64,000 nucleotides of DNA from an uncultured Treponema sp. (GTDB lineage: Bacteria > Spirochaetota > Spirochaetia > Treponematales > Rectinemataceae): NCBI GenBank assembly GCA_964453055.1, contig CAYVOD010000001.1, forward strand, positions 13,118 through 77,117, written 5' to 3'. Positions 8,502 to 16,472 of this stretch are shown piece by piece. Position 1 is the first letter of the stretch. Each line of letters opens with the position of its first letter. Both the position numbers and the translations under genes were made by a program. The notes under the pieces were generated by a model. The model was given only the letters and a program-made list of their open reading frames with translations. It was not told the origin of the DNA and ran no database searches.

Positions 8502-8948
8502 ATGGATCTTATGACAGTTTTAAAACCCGAGCTCGTTGCCCTGCATCTTTCGGGGGAGAATAAGGATCAAATCATCGACGAGCTCGTCGACGTGGCTATG
8601 AAAAGCGGCAAGGTGCGCGACAAGGCGGAGGCGAAGGCTTCGGTCCTCGAGCGCGAAGGTCGGATGAGCACAGGGATGAAGCACGGCATAGCCATTCCCC
8701 ACGGAAAAACCCAGGCCGTGTCCGAACTTGTCGCCTGCGTGGGCGTTTCGGACGAAGAAGTGGATTTCGAAGCCTTGGATCACAAGGGCTGCAGAATCTT
8801 CATCATGACCCTGTCCCCTCCGGACAAGACCGGTCCGCACCTCCAGTTCCTCGCCGAAGTGAGCATGCTCTTTAGAAGCGAAGAAAAACGGCAGGCGATT
8901 CTCAAGGCAAAAAGCTCCGAGGAACTGCTCGCGATCTTGAAGCCCTAA
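8502..8948 (+). CDS. ptsN: PTS EIIA type-2 (nitrogen/fructose, PtsN-like) protein
   Basis: 148 aa with EIIA-2 fold signatures and the phosphorylatable His in GIAIPHGKT. No EIIB/EIIC genes are nearby. Confidence 0.75.
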   Translation: MDLMTVLKPELVALHLSGENKDQIIDELVDVAMKSGKVRDKAEAKASVLEREGRMSTGMKHGIAIPHGKTQAVSELVACVGVSDEEVDFEALDHKGCRIFIMTLSPPDKTGPHLQFLAEVSMLFRSEEKRQAILKAKSSEELLAILKP

Positions 8949-9015
8949 TCTCGCGGGAACCGGCCCAGGCGAGGTATCACGAAGCCTGGAATCACGAAAT
9001 GTAGCTCAAAGAACA

Positions 9016-9049
9016 TAAAAAAGGACTGCCTGTTACGGCAGTCCTTTTT
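9016..9049. terminator. bidirectional rho-independent terminator (ptsN-like gene / groES)
   Basis: An 8-bp stem GGACTGCC/GGCAGTCC with loop TGTTAC is flanked by an A-run upstream and a T-run downstream. It therefore works for both convergent genes. Confidence 0.75.
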
Positions 9050-9070
9050 CGCTATCCTGGTTGCTTGGAT

Positions 9071-9337
9071 TTATTCAAGCACGGCGAGGATATCGGACAT
9101 CTTGACGATGAGGTGCTCGGCGCCGCCGATCTTGATCTGGGTGCCCGCGTACTTGTCGTACATGACTTCATCGCCCGCCTTGACCTTGATCACATCCTTG
9201 TCGGTTCCCACAGCGACGACCACGCCGGTCTGGGTTTTTTCCTGGGCGGTCTGCGGAATGATGATGCCACCCGCGGTCTTGGTCTCGCTCTCCTTGATTT
9301 TGATCAGAATGCGATCTCCCAAGGGTTTGACGTTCAT
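9071..9337 (-). CDS. groES: co-chaperonin GroES
   Basis: An 88-aa canonical GroES (VKPLGDRILIK..ETKTAGGIIIP..AQEK...G.VVAVG). GGAGG lies upstream of the start. No groEL is adjacent. Confidence 0.95.
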   Translation of the reverse strand: MNVKPLGDRILIKIKESETKTAGGIIIPQTAQEKTQTGVVVAVGTDKDVIKVKAGDEVMYDKYAGTQIKIGGAEHLIVKMSDILAVLE

Positions 9338-9382
9338 ACCTTATCCTCCTGAAATACAATTAAAGTAGAGTTGATCATAAGA

Positions 9383-9411
9383 AATATAGAAAATCTAAGC
9401 CCGAGGGTCAA
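9383..9411 (-). promoter_or_regulatory. candidate sigma70 promoter for groES
   Basis: On the minus strand: TTGACC (9406-9411), a 17-nt spacer, then TATATT (9383-9388). No CIRCE-like inverted repeat appears in the leader. Confidence 0.5.
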
Positions 9412-9485
9412 GAGAACCCGATGCTGCGGCGTCCCAAGTGGCATCGATAAATTCCGGCGGCGACGGCTGTCGGCCCTCCCATGTA

Positions 9486-9548
9486 TTGACAGCTTTCTTT
9501 CATTCGTGTTGAATTATAGAAAATGACAAATTAACATTTTTTGTCATT
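9486..9548 (+). promoter_or_regulatory. fab operon promoter region with a 9-bp-arm palindromic candidate operator
   Basis: Two overlapping promoter readings are possible: TTGACA(9486-9491)-17-TTGAAT(9509-9514), and TTGAAT-17-TAACAT(9532-9537). A perfect inverted repeat AATGACAAA (9522-9530) / TTTGTCATT (9540-9548) with a 9-nt spacer overlaps the second -10. It ends 16 nt before the fabH ATG. Confidence 0.4.
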
Positions 9549-9563
9549 ATAAAGGAGCTGTCA

Positions 9564-10541
9564 ATGTCAGTTATACTGCGCTCCCTGGGGGCGAGCATAG
9601 CCCCTATTCGCATGAGCAACGAGGATATCGCCGAGCGTCTGGACACCACGGATGAATGGATCCGTTCCCATACAGGCATCGGCGCCAGGCATTTCGCGCC
9701 TAAGGGAATCATGACCAGCGACATGGCCGCCGAAGCCGCCAAAAAAGCCCTAGCCAAGGCGGGGATCGGCCCGAAAGAACTCGATCTCATCGTGCTAGCC
9801 ACAGCCACCCCCGACTACTTCGGCTTTCCAGCCACGGCCTGCATCGTGCAGGAAAAGATCGGCGCTTACGGCGTGCCCGCATTTGACATAACCGCCGGCT
9901 GCACCGGTTTCATCTACGCCCTCGATACCGCGTCCTCGATGCTGGAAGCCCGGCATGGACGCCACGCACTGGTCATCGGTTCCGACCTGCTGAGCAGGAT
10001 CGCGGATTGGAGCGACAGGTCCACGGCCGTGCTTTTCGGCGACGGAGCCGGCGCCGCTGTCATCTCCCGGATCGACGAGGCAGGCCGGGGCTGTCTTTCC
10101 TTCATCTTAGGCGCCGAAGGTGCCGGGGCGAGGGATCTCTACCTGGAGCAGGCGATCAGGGACGACATCTGGGAACGAAGCGCGCCCACTGTGCCCACCC
10201 TGCGCATGGACGGGAAGAAGGTATACGAATTCGCCGTAAAATCGATCACCGTTTTGATAGAAAGGATCATGCATGCTACAGCATATAGCCTCGAGGATTT
10301 CGATTGGATCATACCTCACCAGGCTAACGCCAGGATCGTCCAGGCCGCTGGCAAGCGCTTCGGAGTGCCGGCAGAAAAATTTTACCTGAATATCGAAGAG
10401 TACGCGAACACCTCGGCCGCCAGCATTCCCCTCGCACTGGCCGAGATGGATGAAAAGAAATTGCTCAAGCCGGGCAATCTCATTATGCTCGTGGGATTCG
10501 GCGCCGGTCTTACTTACGGATCAGCGGTCATACGCTGGTAA
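9564..10541 (+). CDS. fabH: 3-oxoacyl-ACP synthase III
   Basis: 325 aa with the active-site Cys in AGCTGFIYAL, plus HQANARI and GFGAGLTYG. AAGGAG lies upstream. Confidence 0.92.
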   Translation: MSVILRSLGASIAPIRMSNEDIAERLDTTDEWIRSHTGIGARHFAPKGIMTSDMAAEAAKKALAKAGIGPKELDLIVLATATPDYFGFPATACIVQEKIGAYGVPAFDITAGCTGFIYALDTASSMLEARHGRHALVIGSDLLSRIADWSDRSTAVLFGDGAGAAVISRIDEAGRGCLSFILGAEGAGARDLYLEQAIRDDIWERSAPTVPTLRMDGKKVYEFAVKSITVLIERIMHATAYSLEDFDWIIPHQANARIVQAAGKRFGVPAEKFYLNIEEYANTSAASIPLALAEMDEKKLLKPGNLIMLVGFGAGLTYGSAVIRW

Positions 10542-10560
10542 ACGCGACAGGAGTTATCAC

Positions 10561-11826
10561 ATGAAACGAGAAATAGCGGTAACAGGCCTCGGCCTCATCA
10601 GCCCCGTAGGCAACGACGTGGAAAGTTTTTGGGACGCTCTAATCAAGGGCGAATCGGGGGTTGGGGCAGTGACCCGCTTCGACGCCTCGGCGTTGGAGAG
10701 CAGGATAGCGGCGGAGGTGAAAAATTTCGATCCATCGCCGTGGATGGACAAGAGAGAGGCCAGGAAGATGGCCTTGTTTTCCCAGTACGCAGTCGCGGCT
10801 TCGGTGCAGGCATGGAGGGACGCTGGTTTCCAGGAGGACGCAGAAGGCGCCCTGGCTTCGGGGTATCGATCAGAGCGGATAGGAGTTTGCCTCGGCAACG
10901 GCATAGGGGGCCTAGATGTTTTCGAAGAATCCCATGCCAAATTGATGGAGTCGGGGCCTGACAGAATGCCTCCCATGACCGTGCCTCTCATGATTTCAAA
11001 CGAGGCGGCTGGCAATGTCGCCATGAGGCTGAAGATATACGGTCCGGCTTTCACCCAAGTCACAGCCTGCGCCTCTGGCACCGATGCCGTCGGCCAGGCT
11101 ATCGACTTGCTGCGAGCAGGACGGCTGGACGTAGCGGTCGCCGGCGGAACCGAGGCTGCTATTACCCTCTTCGCCATGTCGGGCTTCGGAAAACTCAAGG
11201 CCCTGTCCACGGGATACAACGAAAGCCCGACCAAGGGCTCCCGGCCTTTCGACGCGGCCAGGGACGGCTTTGTAATCGGCGAAGGCGCAGGCGTCCTGAT
11301 ACTGGAAGACTACGAAAAAGCCAAGGCCCGGGGGGCGAAAATCTATGCTATCGCATCAGGTTACGGCGCCACCTGCGATGCCTACCATCTCACCGCTCCG
11401 GATCCTCAGGCAGTGCAGGGAGCCCGAGCCCTCCAGCTCGCCTTGGACGATGCCGGTCTGCAGCCGGAGGAAGTGGGCTACTATAACGCCCACGGAACGT
11501 CCACGCCGCTTAACGATCCTACCGAAACCCTCATGGTCAAGCACTGCTTCAAGGATCATGCTAGGAAGCTGAAAATCAGCTCGACCAAAAGCATGACCGG
11601 GCACTGTCTGGGAGCCACGGGGGCGCTAGAGGCTATAGTCTGCGTCAAGGCCCTCCAGACCGGATGGCTGCCTCCGACTATCAACTTAGATTCTCCCGAC
11701 ATAGCCGGCGGCTGCGATCTGGATTACGTTCCCAATAAGGCGATCCAGTTCCAGGCTCAGGCCGCCTTGAGCGCGTCCCTGGGCTTCGGAGGGCACAATG
11801 GGGCGCTAGCGTTCAAGAAGATTTGA
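10561..11826 (+). CDS. fabF: 3-oxoacyl-ACP synthase II
   Basis: KAS II motifs are present (TACASG, NAHGTSTP, GHCLGATG, GFGGHN). The start was moved to Met38 of the ORF (MKREIAVTGLG), which has AGGAG upstream and removes the overlap with fabH. Confidence 0.92.
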   Translation: MKREIAVTGLGLISPVGNDVESFWDALIKGESGVGAVTRFDASALESRIAAEVKNFDPSPWMDKREARKMALFSQYAVAASVQAWRDAGFQEDAEGALASGYRSERIGVCLGNGIGGLDVFEESHAKLMESGPDRMPPMTVPLMISNEAAGNVAMRLKIYGPAFTQVTACASGTDAVGQAIDLLRAGRLDVAVAGGTEAAITLFAMSGFGKLKALSTGYNESPTKGSRPFDAARDGFVIGEGAGVLILEDYEKAKARGAKIYAIASGYGATCDAYHLTAPDPQAVQGARALQLALDDAGLQPEEVGYYNAHGTSTPLNDPTETLMVKHCFKDHARKLKISSTKSMTGHCLGATGALEAIVCVKALQTGWLPPTINLDSPDIAGGCDLDYVPNKAIQFQAQAALSASLGFGGHNGALAFKKI

Positions 11827-11911
11827 GCAGGCGCGCCTTCTTTCGGTTTTTGACTGGAGGCGCTATAGTAGACGAATAATCAAATTCTGAGTATTGCCTG
11901 AAAAGGATAGC

Positions 11912-12334
11912 ATGATGAATACGATCGAACAGTACTTGCCCCATCGAAGCCCTTTCTTGTTCGTGGACGAAGCGCGGACCGAAGGGCAGACGATCATCGC
12001 TTCAAGAGTCTTCAAGGCTGAGGAATTTTTCTTCGCCGGGCATTTTCCAAAACACCCGGTGGTTCCCGGGGTACTCCTCATCGAAGCCCTCGCCCAGGCA
12101 GGAGGCGTAGGCGCCAAGCTTCTCGGTATAAGGCCTAAGGGGCTTTTCGTTCTCGCCAAGATTCGTTCGGCCAATTTCAGGAAGCCGGTTTTCCCCGGCG
12201 ACAAGCTGGACATGGAGATCGAGATCTGCAAGTCCGGCACGCTGGTCCTTCACCAGAAGGGGCGAGGCAGGATAGGCGGCGAACTGGCCGTGGAAGCCGA
12301 GTGGATAGCCATGTCATCGGGGGTTGAAGAATGA
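11912..12334 (+). CDS. fabZ: 3-hydroxyacyl-ACP dehydratase
   Basis: Hot-dog fold motifs LPHRSPFLFVDE and GHFPKHPVVPGVLLIEALAQ are present. The start is taken at the first ATG after an AAGGA. Confidence 0.88.
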   Translation: MMNTIEQYLPHRSPFLFVDEARTEGQTIIASRVFKAEEFFFAGHFPKHPVVPGVLLIEALAQAGGVGAKLLGIRPKGLFVLAKIRSANFRKPVFPGDKLDMEIEICKSGTLVLHQKGRGRIGGELAVEAEWIAMSSGVEE

Positions 12335-13560
12335 AAATCACGCCTATGATTCGCAACAATATCTGCCTCAACGCCCATCCCGCAGGCTGCGCCAGGGATG
12401 TGGAAGAGCAGGTGAACCGGGTCCTGGACAAGAATAAGAATGTCGCGTCGGCCTCGACTTCGGGAGTCAGTAAAAAGGCTGCTGCGGTAGCCAAGGCTCC
12501 TCGCCACGTCCTCGTGATTGGATGTTCTTCGGGCTACGGCCTGGCTTCGAGGATAGTGGCGGCCTTCGGCTATGGGGCTTCAACCTTGGGGATTTCCTTC
12601 GAACGGGAGCCGTCGGCCACCAAGACCGGCTCTCCCGGCTGGTACGCCAACCGGGCCTTCGACAGGCTTGCCGCTGAGCGAGGCTTGGCGGCAAAGACTT
12701 ATTCGATAGACGCTTTCTCAAAGAAAGCCAAGGATATCGCCATCGAGGAAGCCAGGGCGGGAGGCTATGCCTACGATCTGGTCATCTACTCCTTGGCCAG
12801 CCCCGTGAGGGTCGATCCCGAAACCGGCACCATGTACCGTTCGGTCATAAAGCCCATCGGCAAAAGCTTTTCGGGCACCGGCGCTGATCCCTTCACGGGG
12901 AAGCTGGGGCAGGCAAGCGTAGAGCCGGCCTCGGCCGAGGAGGTCGCCCAGACGGTCAAGGTCATGGGGGGCGAAGACTGGGAGCTCTGGATGGACGCCT
13001 TGGCCGAGGCCGGCGTACTGGCGGCAGGCGCGTTGAGCGTTGCCTATTCCTACATCGGACCTCCGCTTTCCCACCCGATTTACAAGGACGGAACCATCGG
13101 GAAGGCGAAGGAAGACCTCGAGCGAGCTGCGAAAGCGCTCAACGCGCGCCACGCGAGCTTAAGCCTAGGCGCCTTCGTTTCGATAAACAAGGCCGTGGTG
13201 ACCCGGTCTAGCGCGGTGATCCCCATAATCCCCCTCTACGTTTCGGTGCTCTTCAAGGTGATGAAGGAAGACAGAAGCCACGAGGATTGCCTGGATCAGA
13301 TGATGCGGCTGTTCTCCGACCGTCTGTATGCAGGTTCGGGGCGGGAAATACCGGTGGATAACGAGGGTAGGATTCGCCTGGACGATTTTGAGATGCGGGA
13401 TTCGATACAGAAAAAAGTCATCGACCTCATGAATCGCATCGACGAGGAAAACATATCCCGACTTTCCGACCTGGAAGGCTTCAAGACGGATTTCCTGCGG
13501 GTGCATGGTTTCGGAATCCCCGGCGTGGATTATCAGGCAGAAGCCGATCCGCTGGCATGA
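12331..13560 (+). CDS. fabV: trans-2-enoyl-CoA/ACP reductase (FabV/TER family)
   Basis: The protein is collinear with the Treponema denticola TER sequence as I remember it (PMIRNNICLNAHPAGC, GCSSGYGLASRI, YSLASPVR, KVMGGEDWE, YSYIGP, GTIGKAKEDLE). It overlaps the fabZ stop by 4 nt. Confidence 0.9.
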   Translation: MKITPMIRNNICLNAHPAGCARDVEEQVNRVLDKNKNVASASTSGVSKKAAAVAKAPRHVLVIGCSSGYGLASRIVAAFGYGASTLGISFEREPSATKTGSPGWYANRAFDRLAAERGLAAKTYSIDAFSKKAKDIAIEEARAGGYAYDLVIYSLASPVRVDPETGTMYRSVIKPIGKSFSGTGADPFTGKLGQASVEPASAEEVAQTVKVMGGEDWELWMDALAEAGVLAAGALSVAYSYIGPPLSHPIYKDGTIGKAKEDLERAAKALNARHASLSLGAFVSINKAVVTRSSAVIPIIPLYVSVLFKVMKEDRSHEDCLDQMMRLFSDRLYAGSGREIPVDNEGRIRLDDFEMRDSIQKKVIDLMNRIDEENISRLSDLEGFKTDFLRVHGFGIPGVDYQAEADPLA

Positions 13561-14363
13561 ACATCCTTTACCTGAAAGAGGAGGAGCTAGGGCTTCCCCT
13601 GCCCCGGAGCGATGCGCGCTACAGCCATATCACCAGGGTGCTCAAGAAAAAGGAAGGGGAAAGTCTCGCCGCCGGCTGCTCGGACGGAAGCCTGGGCAGG
13701 GCACTCATTAAAAAGCTTAGCCCGGATTCAATCCTCCTTTCCTACCAAGCCGATACCGAGGCTCCTTCGCTTTATCCGGTAAATATTCTAATGGGTTTCC
13801 CCAGGCCAATCCAGGCTGGCAGGATACTCAAGGATCTTACTAGTCTCGGGGTTGAACGTATCTGGTTTACCTTGAGCGAGCTTGGGGAAAAGTCCTACGC
13901 CGAATCGAGCTTTTTCCGTACTAGAGATTTTGAAAGCCATTTGATCGAGGGAGCCATGCAGGCGGGCAACCCCAGGCTTCCGCAAGTCGCTTGCTTCTGG
14001 AGCCTGGGCCGAGCCTGCGACGCGATCGATGCCGCGCATCGCGAAGCGCCAGCCCCAGCGGCGGGGGCTGAGCCCTCCGATAGGGCGACGGTAAGAGGAC
14101 CGGTTTCCGGCGCCTCGCCAGGATCGCCGAATAGGCTAGTATTTCATCCAAACGAAGGTTTCGCTACGTTGGCCGATTTTGGACGATTAAGCGCCCCTCT
14201 CTGGCTGGCCATAGGCAGCGAACGGGGTTGGACGATATCTGAGCTTGATTTGCTGCGTTCCAGGGGCTTCACAGCTTGTTCGCTAGGCCGCCGCATCCTT
14301 AAAACAGAGACCGCAGCACTCGCTGCCACGAGCATCGCCTTGGCGAAAATGGGACGCTTATGA
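13557..14363 (+). CDS. rsmE: 16S rRNA (uracil1498-N3)-methyltransferase RsmE family protein
   Basis: An N-terminal PUA-like region and a C-terminal SPOUT motif are present (IGSERGWT..E......SLGRRILKTETAA). A Pro/Ala-rich insertion of about 35 aa is also present. It overlaps the fabV stop by 4 nt. Confidence 0.75.
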   Translation: MNILYLKEEELGLPLPRSDARYSHITRVLKKKEGESLAAGCSDGSLGRALIKKLSPDSILLSYQADTEAPSLYPVNILMGFPRPIQAGRILKDLTSLGVERIWFTLSELGEKSYAESSFFRTRDFESHLIEGAMQAGNPRLPQVACFWSLGRACDAIDAAHREAPAPAAGAEPSDRATVRGPVSGASPGSPNRLVFHPNEGFATLADFGRLSAPLWLAIGSERGWTISELDLLRSRGFTACSLGRRILKTETAALAATSIALAKMGRL

Positions 14364-14438
14364 TCTTCATTATCAGGCGCAGTCCGCGCATTCGATAAAA
14401 TCGCCCACCGCGTCTATCCCAAAGAATTCTGGCCCCTA

Positions 14439-16238
14439 TTACAGCTTGAGGACCTCCCTCAGAGCCTTGACGTCGGCGCCGAATTTAGCGCAGGCGGCGC
14501 GCAGAGGCTCGGGGCTGGCCATGTCGACGCCGGCGACCTTGAGGGCTTCCAGGGGGAAGCGCGCGCCGCCGGAGGAAAGGAAGGCGAAGTAATCCTTGCG
14601 TTCCCGATCCCCTCCCGAGAGCACGCGTTCCGAGAGCGCGATGGCCGCGGCGACGCCGGTAGAGTACTTATACACGTAAAAAGCGTTGTAGAAATGAGGT
14701 ATCCGCAGGCCTTCGAGATCTGAGACGGTTTCGAGCTTCATGAGGGGGCCGAAGTATTTGACAAGCAGTTTTCTGTATTCAGCCCTGAGAGCTTCCAGGG
14801 TGAGGGCTTGGCCCGATTCGACCATCGCGTGGGTAAGGGCTTCGTATTCGGCGAACATGGTCTGCCTGAACAGAGTGCCCAGCAGCCCATCGATCCGGGT
14901 CGCCAGGAGCGATGCGCGCTCCTGTTCGGAATTCGAGCGCTTGAATAGGTAATCGAAGAGCAGCTGCTCGTTGAAGGTGCTGGCTACCTCGGCCTCGAAT
15001 ATGCTGTAATTGTAACAAAGGAAAGGATTGTTCGCCGCCGAGTGCCAGGAATGCATCGAGTGGCCGCTTTCGTGGGCCATGGTGAACATATCGTTCAGGA
15101 CATCATCCTTATAGTTGAGGAGGATATAGGGTTTGCCCGAATAGCTGCCGGCCGAGAAGGCCCCTGAACGCTTCCCCTTGTTTTCGTACCGGTCAACCCA
15201 GCCGCCTAAAAGTCCGGCCTCGAGGGTTTTCGTGTATTCACCGCCCAGGGGCGAGAGCGCGTCGATCACTATGTCCACCGCTTCGCGGTACGAGTGCCTG
15301 CTCTTGGCCTCGGGAACCAGGGGGACGTAGACGTCGTAATGGCGAAGCTCCTTCAGTCCCAGCGCCTTCATCCTGAGTTCGTAATAATCGTGGAGGACGG
15401 GCAGGTTCTCGTTGATGGTCCTCACCAGATTATCGTAAACCGCCTCAGGCACGGCGTCGGGAAACAAGGCTTGGGCTCTCGCGTTAGGGTAATCGCGTAC
15501 CTGGGCCTGGTACTTGTCGGTCTTGACGGAGCCAGCGTAGAGACTGGCCAGGCTATGCTTGTGGGCGTCGTAGGCACCATAAAACTTCATATAGGTCCTG
15601 CGCCGCAGATTCCTGTCCTTGCTGCGAATGAGTGAGGCGAAGCTTGATTGGCTCAAGGCTTGCATGCCTTCGTCGGTTTTTATCCGGCCGAAATCGAAGT
15701 CAACGTTGGTCAGGATGCCAAAGGTCTCCTGAGCGACTCGATTGCTCTCTGCCTGGAGCGCCAGGAGCCTTTCTTCCTTCTCCGAAAGTATGTGGGGCTT
15801 GAAGCGCAGGAGTTTTTTAAGGAATATCCTGTAATTCGCGAAGGAGGGATCGTCGAGGCAGGATTCAACGAAGGATTCCGGCAAGGCCTGGATGGCGGGG
15901 ACGAGCCAGGACCAGGCGGCCTGACCGGCTGTGGCGGCGCCTATATAGCGGGCCAATCTGCCCCTGGCGGCGCTGTCGCCTTCATCTTCGGTGGTACGCA
16001 GGTCGGCGTAGTAGGCCAAGCGCTCGTCCAGCATCGAATAGGACTCGTAGAAGCCGAGGAGGGAGCGGAAGCTCTGCTTGGAGTCGGAAAAACCCTCCCT
16101 GGCCTTCTCGATGTCCTTCTGCAGGACGGCAAGCTCCTTCAGCCCTTTCTCCCAAGCATCGTCCGAAACGAAAAGCGCCGAGAGATCCCAGCGATCTTCC
16201 GAACGCACCTGGCTTCTGACGGGTATTTCCTTATTCAT
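14439..16238 (-). CDS. pepF: oligoendopeptidase F (M3B family)
   Basis: 599 aa with the zinc motif HESGHSMH and an overall PepF-like organisation. Confidence 0.88.
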   Translation of the reverse strand: MNKEIPVRSQVRSEDRWDLSALFVSDDAWEKGLKELAVLQKDIEKAREGFSDSKQSFRSLLGFYESYSMLDERLAYYADLRTTEDEGDSAARGRLARYIGAATAGQAAWSWLVPAIQALPESFVESCLDDPSFANYRIFLKKLLRFKPHILSEKEERLLALQAESNRVAQETFGILTNVDFDFGRIKTDEGMQALSQSSFASLIRSKDRNLRRRTYMKFYGAYDAHKHSLASLYAGSVKTDKYQAQVRDYPNARAQALFPDAVPEAVYDNLVRTINENLPVLHDYYELRMKALGLKELRHYDVYVPLVPEAKSRHSYREAVDIVIDALSPLGGEYTKTLEAGLLGGWVDRYENKGKRSGAFSAGSYSGKPYILLNYKDDVLNDMFTMAHESGHSMHSWHSAANNPFLCYNYSIFEAEVASTFNEQLLFDYLFKRSNSEQERASLLATRIDGLLGTLFRQTMFAEYEALTHAMVESGQALTLEALRAEYRKLLVKYFGPLMKLETVSDLEGLRIPHFYNAFYVYKYSTGVAAAIALSERVLSGGDRERKDYFAFLSSGGARFPLEALKVAGVDMASPEPLRAACAKFGADVKALREVLKL

Positions 16239-16472
16239 GCTGTCTCCTTTGCGGCGCGTCCCGCGACTTTGGTACCTGGAACCTTGGGAATGCCCAACTA
16301 CTTTTATTTTATCGCGTCAGAGCTGAAGCGAGGTACGCTCTTTACCGCGTATTCTGGCGTGTGAACCAAGAACCGGGTGGCTAATCTTTTCATCTCGTTT
16401 TCCCTAGTGCCGTTCCTCCGTTTATTGTACTCTTTTAGGGTTCGAAAGGTCAAACTCGAGAGGTTAAGCATT

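Noticed and set aside
9338-9480. I looked for a CIRCE/HrcA operator or a sigma32-type promoter upstream of groES.
   Set aside because: No TTAGCACTC-N9-GAGTGCTAA-like inverted repeat is present. Only a sigma70-like TTGACC-17-TATATT promoter is visible.
10450-10560. The ORF track gives an N-terminal extension of fabF that overlaps the fabH 3' end.
   Set aside because: The conserved KAS II N-terminus starts at MKREIAVTGLG (10561), which has an AGGAG SD. The extension has no homology-like features. I made the same type of trimming for ORFs starting at 16377, 20278, 26236, 30668, 38985, 43216, 46390, 50707 and 61324.
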